This document shows, piece after piece, positions 37,604-51,746 of a stretch of DNA of 64,000 bases; the stretch's first letter is position 1; every line of letters starts with the position of its first letter. The stretch is from Octopus sinensis. Lineage: Eukaryota. The DNA lies in contig NC_042997.1 of NCBI RefSeq assembly GCF_006345805.1, forward strand, positions 203,422,001 to 203,486,000. Direction: 5' to 3'. The notes below the pieces were generated by a model, which was not told the origin of the DNA, did not search any database, and was given only the letters and a program-made list of their open reading frames with translations. A program made the translations under genes and the position numbers.

Positions 37604-38987
37604 TTAATGTCCATTTTGCATTATAGCATCTGCTTGATGATTCAACATGATCCAATGAACATCAAAACTGCATCATGCTTCAAAGTCTGCTTTGCCATGG
37701 TTTCTACAGTGGGATGCCCTGCCTAATGCCAACTGAAAAACCATTGGTATTTCATTTTATTAAATCCAGAAGAAGGAAAACAAAGCTATCCTAGGCAGGA
37801 TATGAAATCAGAACATAAATATAACTAAAAACAGTGTAACATTTTGTCAGGATCACTATGAGTCCTGCTGATCCCCTGCTCTTGATTGTTTAGATATTAG
37901 TACAGAGCCACAAATTAAGCTGACCCCAGTATATGACTACTGGGTATTTTTATCAACCCTAAAATGATAAAAAAATTAATATTAAGTACAAGAGCTATCA
38001 ATGGTTATTCAACAATATAAATGTTAGTGGTTTAAAGACAATAGTTGCATCTCTAAAGCAGCAACATAATATCCAGAGTTACTGATGTAGAAATATTACT
38101 AAATTGATCGTAATAATCAATTCTTTTCATGATCTTTCTTGCAGAATTCCAAACCATTACTGGATTCCTTGCATAGTGTTAATGCCAGCAATGCAGTGCA
38201 GTGAAATAGCTGAATGAAGAAGACATTCAGCTATTTTGCTGAAGCCGTTCAAAATTGAACTATAAATCTTTCTCGTATTTAATCCATGGCAATTATTTTA
38301 GAAAAGAAGGTTAAAAAGATAGCAATGAAAGTTTTTTTTGTTTTGATTATTCCTTTCTATTTGTAGGTTATTTGTTTCTTCTCAGATATCTGGTAATCTA
38401 ATACAGCAGCATTTATGAAGAATCTAAAGGAGGGGAAAATGGAAGTGATAAAGTGACTAAACTTCCTAAAGAAATGTTCAACACACACACACTAACACAA
38501 ACACACACACACTAACACAAACACACACACACTAACACACACACACACACTAACACACACACACACACTCTCTCACACGCACAAACATACACACAGGGAA
38601 TGACATGTGTAGAAAAGAAATTCAAGAGGGCTGATGTTCTGGGTAAAAGAACTGGACATAGTAGGTGGTGGTGGTGAACACAATATGTGTGACAAGAAAA
38701 GGAGTGATGAGTGACTCGGGTAGTGCTTGAGTGGAGATGATTCTGTTTGGTGGACTGGGAATAATAATGTTATCTTGATAGGCATGGTAACTGTGTCTTT
38801 GTATTGTTAGAGTGGCATAACCCTGCTGGAAATGTTTCCAAGGTCTCTGTTCAAGGACTCAATGGCCAATTAAGGTTTAGCATTAGGTTGTATGTAGATG
38901 GTGCATTGGTGCAGAAATATTAGGAGAAATGAAGGGTGTTATCATCTGTGCAAGAGTGACAAGATGATATCTAGTAGGTTATTGAGG

Positions 38988-39530
38988 TATACAAGATAGT
39001 ATCAAAAAGTTCCCAGACTATTTCTGAAGTGCACCAACAGATGGCAGTACACAGTTGCAAGTGCAATGATGACCCATCCTTCATGTTGAGGATCATCACT
39101 GGTGAGGAGAGTTAGATCTACAGGTATGACCCTGAGAGGAAGCAGCAGTTGTCACAATGGAAGAGGCCTTCACCTCCACAACCAAGGAAGGCATGACACA
39201 GCCACAGCTCACTCAAGAGCATGCTCATCGTATTTTTTTTCAGCATTATGTATTGTGCATCGAGAATTCATTCCCCAGGCCCAGACTGTCAATCAAGAGT
39301 TCTACTGTGACATTTGAGGGAGGACATTCAGCAAAAGTTGCTGGATCTGTAGAGCATGAAGAATTGGATTCATGACAACAATGCACTCTGTCACCAAGCT
39401 CTTCTCACTCATGAGTTTCTCACCTAAAACAACATGGTATCACTTCTGCACTCACACTATTCACCCAATTTAGCACCTCAAGATTTCTATCTCTTCCCCC
39501 AAGATGAAAAGGCAGCTCAAAAGGTGCCAA
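38988..39530 (+). mobile_element. Internally deleted mariner remnant
   Basis: TIR-like TATACAAGATAGTATCAAAAAGTTCCCAGACT; RIITGEES*IYRYDPE (~39090-39135); TVNQEFYCD; HYSPNLAPQDFYLF (~39455-39495). Confidence 0.85.
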
Positions 39531-39737
39531 TTAGGTAAATAAGTCTTGGAATTTTTTGATTCTGTAAGAGTGCAGAGAACAAAACTAAACCTTCGGGTCA
39601 CACTAAAGTTAATAAAGTGTATTATTTTGTAAATATACCTTTACATGAATATACCATTATATAAACTTGCCATTATAATATATGAATATACCATTATGTA
39701 ATTGTACCAATATATAAATATATCAATATGTACTATT

Positions 39738-40124
39738 ACTCTTTTACTTGTTTCAGTCATTTGACTGTGGCCATGCTGGAGCACTGCCTTTAGTCGAGCA
39801 AATCGACCCTAGGACTTATTCTTTGTAAGCCTAGTACTTATTCTATCAGTCACTTTTGCCGAACCGCGAAGTTACGGGGACGTTAATACACCAGCATCAG
39901 TTGTCAAGTGATGTTGGGGGGACAAACACAGACACACAAACATATGCACATACACATACATATATATGACAGGCTTCTTTCAGTTTCCATCTACCAAATC
40001 CACTCACAAGGCTTTGGTCGGCCTGAGGCTATAGTAGAAGACACTTGCCCAAGGTGCCACATAGTAGGACTGAACCCGGAACCATATGGTTGGTAAGCAA
40101 GCTACTTACCACACAGCCACTCCT
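39738..40124 (-). mobile_element. OK-like SINE copy
   Basis: Reverse complement of the full family sequence. Confidence 0.88.
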
Positions 40125-41375
40125 ACATATCATTATGTAACTGTATCATTATTTAAATCATCATATATTTATATAATAGTTTATATAATGATGCATCATA
40201 ATTTAATGTCCATTTTCCATGCTGGTGTGAATTGAACTGTTTGACAGGATCCAGTGAGTTACAGGGCAGCACCAAATGGCTGTCTCAGCTTTGGTACAGT
40301 TTCTACAAGTGGATGCTTTTCCTAATGCCAACCACATTACAGTGTGTTCTGGTGCTCTTTTTATGCCACCAGCACCAGTGAGGCTGCCATGTAACTTGTT
40401 TGACAGAAAAGGAAAAAGGAAAAGGAAAAAGCTCCTGCTACTAATAAACAGTGTTGGGGAGAGAATCTGAGAGAGGAAAGTGGCTTTATACCAGGTGTTG
40501 AAAGGCTAAAATATTTTAAAGGGACAAGCATATGTATCTTGTTATAGGGGAGGTACATGGCTACCCTACATTTTACATAAGGGTGGTGTGAGTAGTTAAG
40601 AAGGAGATAAAAAGAGGTAGTAGTAGCATGCCAAAGCAAACTCTCAAGGTATAAGGAAGTGAGCATAAGAGAAAATATGAACAGTAGGTGATGGGGAAGG
40701 AAGGGAGAGTGGATACTTGCAATAAGCATGTAAGGGGAGAGTAACAGGTGCTTAAAGATGGGAACAGAGGTGAATGTAGTAAGTGATGAAGAAGAGTAGA
40801 GGTGTTGTTGATTGGAAATATCAGTATGAAGAGATGTGAGGTGGGAGAGATGAAAGTGACTCAGGAAGGAGAATAGATCAGAAGGGAGAGGAATAATGTG
40901 CAAGGTGTAGGAGTGGTGAGGTGGGAGATGTAGAATACATGAGTGTGGTTATAATGAGTGGGCATGATAGTGGATATGGTAGGATGCAGAACACCAACAG
41001 CCATTTACAGTCAGGCAAGTGATTTGATTTGAGATTGTTGAAACTAAAACAAGTTATTAAAGCTTGGAAAACAGATATTAGCCATTCAAAAACTCACAAA
41101 CTCTTAACTTCAATTCAATTAATCATTTATTATTTGGTGTCCAAATTTTTATCGCACCAACTGGTTACTGACAGTGATTCTACTGCATGCACACACACAC
41201 ATACACACACACACATACACACAAACACATGCACATACAAGCACACACACACACTTACACACACACATATTTTCTCTCTCTCTCTCACACACACACATAC
41301 TCTCTCTCTCACTCACACACACACATTCTCTCTTTCTCTCACTCACACACATTCTCTCTCTCTCTGTCTCTCTCA

Positions 41376-41408
<33 letters not shown>

Positions 41409-41746
41409 TTATATATACAAATGCAAATGGATTGACATAATCCCATATAGGTTTTGACATTGAGTACTGTTTACTCATTGAATTAGCACATAAGTAACTC
41501 AGTATTTCACTGGCACTCAACTCTTAACATAAATCCATCAGAAACAATGACATATTTAATTACAGGTAATTACAATCCATTTAACAAGTTTCCACCAAAC
41601 CTTGTACCAAGCTGGGCCAATGATAAAAGACACCTACCTATGAGATCATGTAGTGGGATTGAACATAATACCTCATGCATGCAAAACAAGCTTCATAACT
41701 ACTAGGCCATACCTGTGTTCCTTTGTACCCCACCTCACATACATAT

Positions 41747-41781
<35 letters not shown>

Positions 41782-43267
41782 GTAATAGTAATATGCAGTG
41801 ATTCAGTCTGGCTGGAACTCTCTGCACCAAATACATAAGCATTTACTAATTATCCACAATAATTGTCTGTAAATGTTGAAGAATTTTCAGCTGTTAAAGA
41901 AAGCTTCATTTGTATTGAAGCCAATCTGGTGGTTATATAACAGTAGGTATTTGTCTGTCTCTCTCCCTCTCTTTCTCTCTCATTTTGTTTCTACTTGTAT
42001 TTTGAATGTCGCTGAATAGGTAACTGTGTTAGAAGTTATTAGAGAATGTATGTTTATTTGCAGCAAATGTGTTGCTGATAGCAGAGAAGAAATACATGAG
42101 TGCAACAATGCAGATAAACCTCAAGCAAATGGATAAGCAGTGGCTAGAAATTGTCCTTTTTATTTTTATGCTTTTGTCTGGAGGAGGAGGAGGAGGAGGA
42201 GGAGGAGTCAATAACTTTTGCTGGTACAGGACTACTGGTGATGTTTGCTAACCCAGGATCATTTGCTCCTTTCCAAGTCCATTGAAACTATCGATGTCCA
42301 GTTTGAATGTCTGTCAGTTGATGTTTGTAAGCAAGAGGGAATTCAAGAGAGAAAACATTCTGGGGAAGAAGGAGTGGGTGGGAGTTTAGTGGAATGAGAC
42401 ACAGTAGGGGTGATGTAAGGATAAATCTGATGAAGCAGTTGGTTGTGGAAGATGGTGTTACATAATTAGTTGAGATGAATATAGACCAGTGAGAGGTGTA
42501 TAAGCCATTGTAACAGCAATTCCATTGCTGTTACAATGCAGAGAGAAAAAGTGGAATGTGTAGTGCATAGGTGAGTGAGGAATTGGTGAGTGAAAATTTT
42601 AAGGGATTTGTGTTGAACTAAACATGATCTGAGTACAATAAAATGTTAAACTACATTTACCCTGTATCTGGAACAATACTGTGGCCAAACACATATAAAC
42701 ATCTCAGACCAGATCTAGAGGAACTTCCTACCCCTATGACCAATCATCAAAGAGTCAATCACTCACCAATTCACATCAATTTTTAGCTCACAGACACACA
42801 GTCTTTTCACTCTGAGTTTTTTACTTCTACTACTACTGCCTCTGCTCCTGTCAACCCAACACAAACAAATCCACTCATTACCCATACTGTATTACCCTGA
42901 TCCAAACTCTGCACTAACCACAATAATCAGTCCTTTTCTTCCTTGTTTTTCCCTGTAGTCATCAACTTGCAGATATTTAAGCAAAACAACATCAATCACA
43001 CCAATCTCATTAGTCTTGAAGGACCTACACATGTCATGGATTCACCAATTTGAGTGTGTAAGAGTTATATAGACCAATACATTCATAATAAAGAGTTACA
43101 TATATCAATACATTAAGTCATAAGTCATAAAAAATTATCTTAGTTAGGAACTGGCATTTCTGTTAGTCTAACACTGTAGTTCTTAATATTTTTGACTTCA
43201 TGACATATTGGATATCAGACAAAAAATTTCTGTCGTTCTCTTTTTCTTTTTTTAATTTTTTATTCAG

Positions 43268-43360
43268 GAGGAACAGCAGTGCCTATGGCCCTTTACAGGT
43301 TCTCAAAGACTGGTGTGAGGCATGGAAGAATGAAGATATCCTCAAAATGTTTGCCACAGA
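43268..43360 (+). other. Candidate 93-nt coding exon of an unidentified host gene
   Basis: Long polypyrimidine tract plus TTCAG acceptor. Frame RNSSAYGPLQVLKDWCEAWKNEDILKMFAT, phase 2-2. The donor GA|GTGAAC is weak. Confidence 0.3.
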
Positions 43361-44719
43361 GTGAACTTTGCTAAAAGAATTCATGGTACAAGATGGTAGT
43401 ACTGAACCAAGCAATGATGAAATAAGCCTACTACCCAAGCAGGTCATGGCAGGATCTGAACTCAGAGTAAAAAAAGATCAAGAAAATATTATAAGGCATC
43501 TGGTTCAATTTTCTTACAGTTCAGTCAATTCACTATCCTGGATTGATACTTCTTTCTTGGCCTCATAAGGATGAAAGGCAAAAGTGATCTTGGCAGGATT
43601 TGAACTCAGAGCAAATAGAGTTGATAAGGAAGTTAAAGAAAAAAACTTTTAAACCTAAAAAAGTATTTCAAAATGTTGACTGCTTTATTTTCATAATCAT
43701 ATTTGTGCATAACAATTCTAAATAACATGTTTTTAAACATATCTATTCATTCTTTATATGTTCTGGTAGATTCAAATTTGACAATCTGATCACTGTTAAT
43801 CATTAGAGAATCCTCCTCTCTTTAAGATGATGTGTGTTCACAACACGTGTGATTTACTTATGTAAGGGGACTTTGAGAGATCACAGGGTTTTGACCTCAT
43901 TGTGTGTCTCCTCAGTCAAAGCTAATGGGTCCCATGAGATCAATGAATCTAACAAAAGCATGAGGTCTTGTTTATAGAAATTAGCAAACACATAATTTTT
44001 TTGAAGAGTGCTGATGTCTGCTAAACAGATTATAATTCCTGAGGTGCATGCAGAACAGCAGAGTCTAAACAATAATGTATCTACCACAGGAGAACATTTT
44101 CTCCCTTTAGAGTGTGTGAGTTCATTACACACATGATTCACCAGTGTAAGAAGACTTTGAGACACCATGGTGTTTCAACCTCTTGTTAGATTCCTCATTG
44201 TGGTTGGTTAGCTTTGACTGAGAAGATACACAATATGGTGAAAACACTGCTGTGTCTTAAAGTCCTTTTCATCAGTGAATCACAAGTGTTATGGACACAT
44301 ATCATCTACAGCAAGGAGATGTTATTCAATGACAATGAACAATAGTGATCAGATATTCATGCTCAAATATATTAAGTCATAAGTCATAAGTAATAAAATA
44401 ATATCTTAGGAACTGGCATTTCTGATAGTCCTATTACTGGTTTCAAATTTTGGCACAAGGCCAGCAAGTTCTGGTGAGGCAGATGACTGGAGATATTTCA
44501 CAGTGATAAACTCATATTACCCAGAACAACAACAATAAAATACTGGGAGAAACCTATTTGTTGAAATGTTACTCAGAATGACATGGAGCTTATTGATAAA
44601 ACCAAAAGTAAGGGTTAGGTGAAAGTAAGAAAGTAAGAATCTATTGAGAATGGTTGGATTCTTGATATTCTGAGAACACCTCATGAATTATTATAAGTTT
44701 TTAAGATATTCAGGTAAAA

Positions 44720-45050
44720 CAACAGCAACACCAAAGAAAACAATCACAACAACTATGAAACAATAATGACAGCATCAACAGCACAACAATAACAAATATG
44801 AAGCAAGTGCAACAACAACAATGGCAACAGCAACAACTACTAGAACAACAACAACAACATTGATGATGATGATGATAACAACACTATCAATAACATGACA
44901 AGTAGGAAGCAATAACAGCAGCAGCTAAACAATGACAATGATGACAAAAATAACAATGATGATTGCAACAACAACAACAACAATAAAGCAGCAACAACTA
45001 CCTACAACAACCACAACAATAACAACACTGACAACAACAACAACAACAAA
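44720..45050. repeat. Degenerate (AAC)n tract
   Basis: Seen directly. Confidence 0.9.
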
Positions 45051-45459
45051 ATACTGAGAGAAACGTATTTGTTGAAATGTTACTCAGAATGAAATGGAGC
45101 TTATTGATAAAACTAAAAGTAAGGGTTAGGTGAAAGTAAGAAAATATTAATATGATACTTAAGAGATGAATATTTAAATGTGCTGATAATATCGTTACTG
45201 TTAACGATATTGGTTACAGATGACTGGAGATATTTCACAGTGATAAACTCGTATTACCCAGACTGTGAGAAAAACCTGACATTTATAGGTGGTGCATTGG
45301 CACAGTTGTTAGGGAATTGGTTAGAGAACCAAATGGTATTTGTTCTGATTTTCTGTACTCTGAGCTCAAATAGCACTGAGATCAAATCCGACTAACATCC
45401 TTTCAGGATTGATAAAGCATTAGTCCAATACTAGGGTTATTGCTTCTCTATATATTTAT

Positions 45460-45725
45460 GTATGCACATGTATGCACATGAGTGCATGTATGTATGTATG
45501 TATGTATGTATGTATGTATGTATGCATGCATGCATGCATGTATATATGTATGTATGCATGTATGTATGTATGTATGCATGTATGTATGCATGCATGCATG
45601 CATGTATGCATGTATATGTGTATGTATGTATGTATGTACGTACGCATGTATGTATGTATGTATGTATGTATGTATGTATGTATGTATGTATGTATGTATG
45701 TATGTATGTATGTATGTATGTATGT

Positions 45726-45765
<40 letters not shown>

Positions 45766-45800
45766 ATGTATGTATGTATGTATGCATGCATGTATGTATG
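45460..45800. repeat. ~340-bp (TATG/TGCA)n microsatellite at the 3' end of an RLE-type LINE
   Basis: Seen directly; abuts the reverse-complement 3' UTR at ~45800-45930. Confidence 0.95.
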
Positions 45801-46780
45801 TTATTATTTAGTTTTATTTCTAGATTTCTTGCCAATGGAGAAAGAGATGGTTTCTAAACTAGATCCAAGACTCCATTATTGAAATTTTAAACATCAACAA
45901 GGTATTTGCACATGTTTGTGTGTATGCATGCAATATTTGGAATCAGTGAGGGTGGAAAGCTGGCAGAATCACTATCACGCCAGACAAAATACTTAGCAAC
46001 ATTCTGTCTGTCTTTACTGAGTTCAAATGAAACCAAGGTTGACTTTGCTTTTCATCCTTTCAGGATCAATAAAATAAGTACCAGTTGAGCACAGAGGTTG
46101 ATATGATCAACTTTCTCTATACCACCAAAATTTCTGGCCTTGTGCCAAAACTTGAAACCTTTGAGTCAGTGCGTATGCAGATTTGTATGTTTTGTTTTGT
46201 GTGTGTATTTTCAAGCTTATAGTTGCATATCCTGATATGTGCATATATACTTTAATGCTAAACTTTTGGAAAGTTTTAGATATTTTGGAAGTTCTATTGA
46301 TGTGTATCTGTAATCTTCTAATTAGCTTACTCCTTTCTGGTTTTGAGAACCCTAATTTCTCAAGATTGATGTCGAGGCAGTTATCTGCATATCCTGGAGC
46401 TCCAATAATTACAAGTATTTGGATGCTGTAAATTTCCGAGTAGTTCAATATAAGTGTTTAACTTTTTTACTGATCTTTAGTTTTATGTTGACATCTGCTG
46501 GGCAACTGATTTCCACCACTGTACATACTTTCTCTTCTCTGTCCCAAATCACAATGTCTGGTTATTTATGTTTGCATTTTATTGAGGTTTTTACAGGGAT
46601 ATTCCACCAGCACTCTTTCATATTGTGAGTAGTTATGGCCTCTACCACACAGTGGGTTTTTATCTCTTTGGTCTCAAGGTTATCAATCTGATGGGTCGTA
46701 TTGTACAATGTCTTGGCTTCAACTTCATGTCTCAGCAGTAAATAATAATGTGATAACATTTTCAGACAATTGCTTAAGTT
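45800..46780 (-). mobile_element. 3' fragment of the RLE-type LINE family, with a SINE nested in its 3' UTR (~45950-46160)
   Basis: Minus strand VIIGAPGY...LEKLGFSKPERSKLIRRLQI...KISKTFQKF. The 3' UTR matches 27200-27390 on either side of the SINE. Confidence 0.85.
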
Positions 46781-47185
46781 ATGGGTGATATCTTTTTGTG
46801 TTAAGTCTGTATTAGTTATTACATTTTGATATTATTCCTGCATCTTTGTTCCTTTTGTGTGTTTGTATGTAAGTGTCTACTTGGCTTGACCTCACATAAT
46901 AGTTGTAAATAAGCAGCACTGTCAGAGAAGCAGTGTTCTTTGTTTCAAATCTTCTATGAAAACATGTCCAGCCACAGGGAAATGTTGCATTGCTTGGAAA
47001 CAGGTGAAGTTTGGTTGCAAGAAGAGCATTCAATCATGCACAAACCAAAGCAGACATTGAAGCTTGGTTCAGTCCTCTGGCTTGCCAGAGCCAATCAAAT
47101 TGTCCAGCCCATACCAGCACGGAAACAGGATTAAATGATGATTATGAGGATATATACACATATATGTCTGTCTTTCTTTCTCTCC

Positions 47186-47251
<66 letters not shown>

Positions 47252-47264
47252 ATCTATCTACTTA

Positions 47265-47301
<37 letters not shown>

Positions 47302-49296
47302 GGTTTGCACCTGTAATTCAAAGATCAAGCTTACACAAATTGTATCATAATCATTCAGACTGAGTATTACATCATGAGTACTCATGTCTATGCAACACTC
47401 AGCCTCTTCCACATTAATTTCATGAGCTAAAATTCCAGAAGCTCAACAATTGAATATTTATCATCAAACAGTGCTGGAGAATCCATTTATCAAGTTTTTT
47501 TTCTTTCAGATTTACCATTCCACTAACTTATTCTTCAGAAAATTTTGATAACAATATTTTGATAAAAATATTAACTTTGATATCTTTGGTATTAAAAATC
47601 TTATTTTTATCATATTTTATGATTATTACTTCTTAATATTTGAAATAGCCTCAGGTTGCTAAAATGCTTTAGAAAATATTTAAATAAAAGAAATAAATTA
47701 CAGATTTTAAAAGGAAGTAAGCCACTTTATATGCAATCTTCCACCCATTTTTACAATAAGCTCGTTTATATTGTTATTTTTATTATTATTATTATTATTA
47801 CTTTTGTGCTCCAAGTGAGCTTTCACAATCTAGCTTATGACATATAATCAGATTTAATCCTTAACTCTATGAAAATGGAATATTCTTACAAAAAAATCTA
47901 GAAAAAAATATTATAGTGATGATATCATGTAAACAGCAATTTTAATAATGTACGTGTGTGTGCTCATACATATGTGTGCTCATACGTATGTGTGTATGCA
48001 TATGTGTATATATGTATGCATATATGTATATATGTGTAAGTGTATTTGTATGCATTTATGTATCTATATATACATGTATGTATGCATTCATGTATGGATG
48101 TTGGTGTGTATGAATGTATTTATGAGTATGTACATGTATGCATGAATGAGTATGTGCAGGTATACATATATGCTTGTATGTATATGTATGCATGCATATT
48201 TGCATATCCCACAACCCAGAAAAAAACCAACCACATAAGGGGGCTGTGGAAAGGGTACAAATTCACGGTAGTACCCCAGCATGGATGCAGCTGAATGGCT
48301 GAAATGCAGTGAACAAACTAAAGAAAGTAGAACTCAAGACATTTGGTAAGAGTTACATGTATTATTGAATATCAATTTGATTCAACTCCATGCAACTTAA
48401 AATTTGTTGGCTTGTAGAATGAACCTGACATGTTGAGTATCTCTCACTATATATACCTGGCAAGTTAGATCTGTTCTACAAGCCTATGGAACTTTAAGTT
48501 GTATGGAGCGATGTCAAACTGTTATTAAATTAATAATTAACTAGCTGGACCTGTGAAAAATTTATGGAAAACATAAAAAATGTAAGGATTTGTAAAATGT
48601 GTGCTGGTACCGTGAGCAATGTTTCTATATTGTGATAGTTACAGAATATAGAAAGACATGTAACTATATGTATGATGTAAATATATATATGATGGGCATC
48701 TTTCAGTTTCTGTCTACCAAATTCACCCATGAGGCTTTGGTCAGCCTGAGGCTATAGTAGAAGACACTCTTAAAAGTATAGAGTTGAATTTCATGTAGTC
48801 ACCTGTTGGCAACTTTTCTTCCTCACCCATTTTGTAGTATTATCCATTTTTCTGGGCTCTGTTCACAGCTATACCCCATTCAAAATTTGCATTAGTTTTT
48901 GTATGAAAAAAAAAAGAAAGGGAGTGGGGGCTTGTTTGTAGTTTGTAGAGAAAACATTAACTGTACCTAAAAAAAAAATGGTCTTTGCCTCCAACCAAAA
49001 TACATGTAGAACTATGAAAGTTAAAAACACAAAACGAATGCTGTCACCACTCACTGTCTCTTTCACACTCTGTCTTTCTCTTTAACTCACTCCGTCTTTC
49101 TCTCTGAAACATTTAAAAACACAAAATGAAGCCATCACCACTCACTGTCTCTTTCACTCTCTCTCTTTCTCTCCCACTCTCTCTCTTTCTTCCTCTCTGT
49201 CCTCCTCTCTCTCACTTTGCCACTTCTTTGAAGTAAGTGTGACACTTATGTCAAGTACATACAAAATGAACAAATTGGCATATTAATATTATTGAC

Positions 49297-49333
<37 letters not shown>

Positions 49334-50357
49334 TACACATATATGGCATAGAACCTCCCCAAAACTAGACACGAATATCTAAGCAATATCTAAGCTCAAT
49401 AAGATTATTTATGAAGAAAACCAACAAATGTCAATGTAAGTAATCTCATCAAACCATGAATTCAAAAACATTCTCCACTTTATTAGAATGATACTAAGAC
49501 ATAAAAATCTACAAACAAGCATAGCAAGTATGTATTCACATCATCAGCTGCCAAAACAGACATCACTATGGTTTTGACACCTGGGTAGTACCATTCAATC
49601 TGACAGTATCAACAGCATTATGAACATAAATGCTAACAGGGAATCAAAAGTATTCAGCAATTCATTAATTGTATGTCCATTATGCCAACACCTGCTAGTT
49701 ATTATAAACAACAGCATCAAAGTAAACAATTAATATTAACTTATAGTTGCAAAACAGTACCTATACAACAAAGAACTTACTCCAAAACAGGACATTGTGT
49801 TCCTAAAAATTATAGTTCAAAGAAACAAGCTAACTAAATATCTTAAGGGAAAAAAAGGATTAAAAAAAACATTCAACATCTAATACTTGACATGATAACA
49901 CCAACCCAAGGAATAGCAAAACAAGAACTTAAAACATGTAGCCCATACAACAAACATAGACTACTAGATACATTGTTCATCAATCTATATCACATTACAA
50001 ACACAATACCATGCCAAAGAGAAGCCTAATAAAAACTAGTGGAGCAGTATATCTCATAGCCAACAACCTCAAATAATGTACAAGGAAAAAGGCAAGCATA
50101 GATCAATATCTATAAAATATTTTCAATATTACAAAATGAAATAACATATGTATACATGTGTGTGTGTATGTGTGTGTCTGTGTGTGTATGTGTGTGTCTG
50201 TGTGTGTGTGTGTGTGTGCACGCACGCATGTGTGCGTGTGTGTATGCATGTATGTATGTATCTATCTATCTTAATATCTATGTATGTATATATATCGTCA
50301 GTGTATCATATATCCAAAAATGAAGCACACGCTAAAGTTAGAGCAATAAAGTAGTTA

Positions 50358-51338
50358 CCTGAAGTTAAATATATGTCCGATCATAGAGTGACCAATGCTT
50401 TCACATTTATAAAGCATCTAGCTTTAGAGATGACTAATCAGACTCCAATGGTAACAGCATATAATCTCTCTTCAAACTGGAGGTAGAAAACCGTTACAGT
50501 CAGTTAATTTGTAAACCAAAGAATATTATATACTGTCTAAGCCTTAAATGGGAAGGATTATCGCCTTCAGACTGGTCCAGTCAGCAAATCTTATGAACCT
50601 AAAGGTTGAACAGGGAATCTCCACACTTAGGTTGGTTCCAGTCTGTAAACAATTTTTACAGCCCTAATTGACAAACAGGGAATCCCACACCTGCAGCATG
50701 TGGTGTTTAAAATGCAAGCAGGGGTTATAGATCTCATGTCTTGTGTTTAAGAGTTCTCAAGTCAAGCAAGCCTTTATAGATGCAAATGGGAGCAGATGAG
50801 GCAAGCTTTGCATAGCAGAGCAGGCAAGGATCCTTGACCTGGAGAGTCTCTTAAACTCAAGTTGTGAGTTCTAAAACCCCAGCCCACACTTTAAATGCTA
50901 TCTGCTGCAGGTGAGGTACTCCCCATTCATTGATTAGGACTGCAAAAAATATCTGTAAACTTGAACCAACCTAAGGGTAGAGATTCCCTGTTTGTCCTTT
51001 AGATTCATAAGAATTGCTGACCAGACCGCTCTTTGTGTAGCATGTGTCAGACATAGTAGTTGGCACTAAACCTAATGGTAAAAAGTACACTTGCATTACG
51101 TACAAAAAAAAATGTGTTTATACCATTTGCAGTATTCTGTTAACATGGATATCATAACCAGTATATAATATTCTTTTGTTTACAAATTAACTGACTTAAA
51201 CAGTTTTCTGCCTCCAGTTTGAAGAGAGGTTATATGTCTGTGGTCATTGGAGTTTGATCAGTCATCTATAAAGCTAGGTGCTTAAATGGATGCAAAAGCA
51301 TTGGTCACTCTATGACCAGACATATATTTAACTTCATG
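50358..51338. mobile_element. 981-bp foldback MITE-like element with TA flanks
   Basis: TA|CCTGAAGTTAAATA... pairs with ...TATTTAACTTCATG|TA. Outer arms are ~175 bp, with two further inner inverted segments; no ORF. Confidence 0.8.
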
Positions 51339-51675
51339 TAGAGATAGAAAGATTGATAGATAGATAGAGAGAGAGAGAGAGGTAGATAGATGGACAGCAC
51401 AAAATTGGCTCAGGCCTTATGAATGTTGTTTCTGGATGAATCAACAGAAATATCACATAAAAGTGCCAATGCCAGGGCCATGTAAAAGTACCATGCACAC
51501 TCTGTAAAGTGGCTGGTGTTAGGGAGGGCATCCAGCCATAGACATCATACTTAAACAGACAAATGCTGGGAAACTCTCCAGTTGGCCAACTTCTGTCAAA
51601 CAACCCAACCTATACCAATATGGAGGAAAGAAGTTAAAAGAGGATGATGATGATGAGAAAGAAAAAGAGAGAACG

Positions 51676-51746
<71 letters not shown>

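Noticed and set aside
43268-43360. Resemblance of the YGP...KDW.EA.KN..IL peptide to sulfotransferases
   Set aside because: The similarity is short and from memory only, and the adjacent candidate exons show no PAPS-binding motifs; no gene name assigned.
49380-50140. A-rich stretch possibly from an ancient LINE
   Set aside because: Only one weak motif (HYGFDTW); too degraded to support a call.
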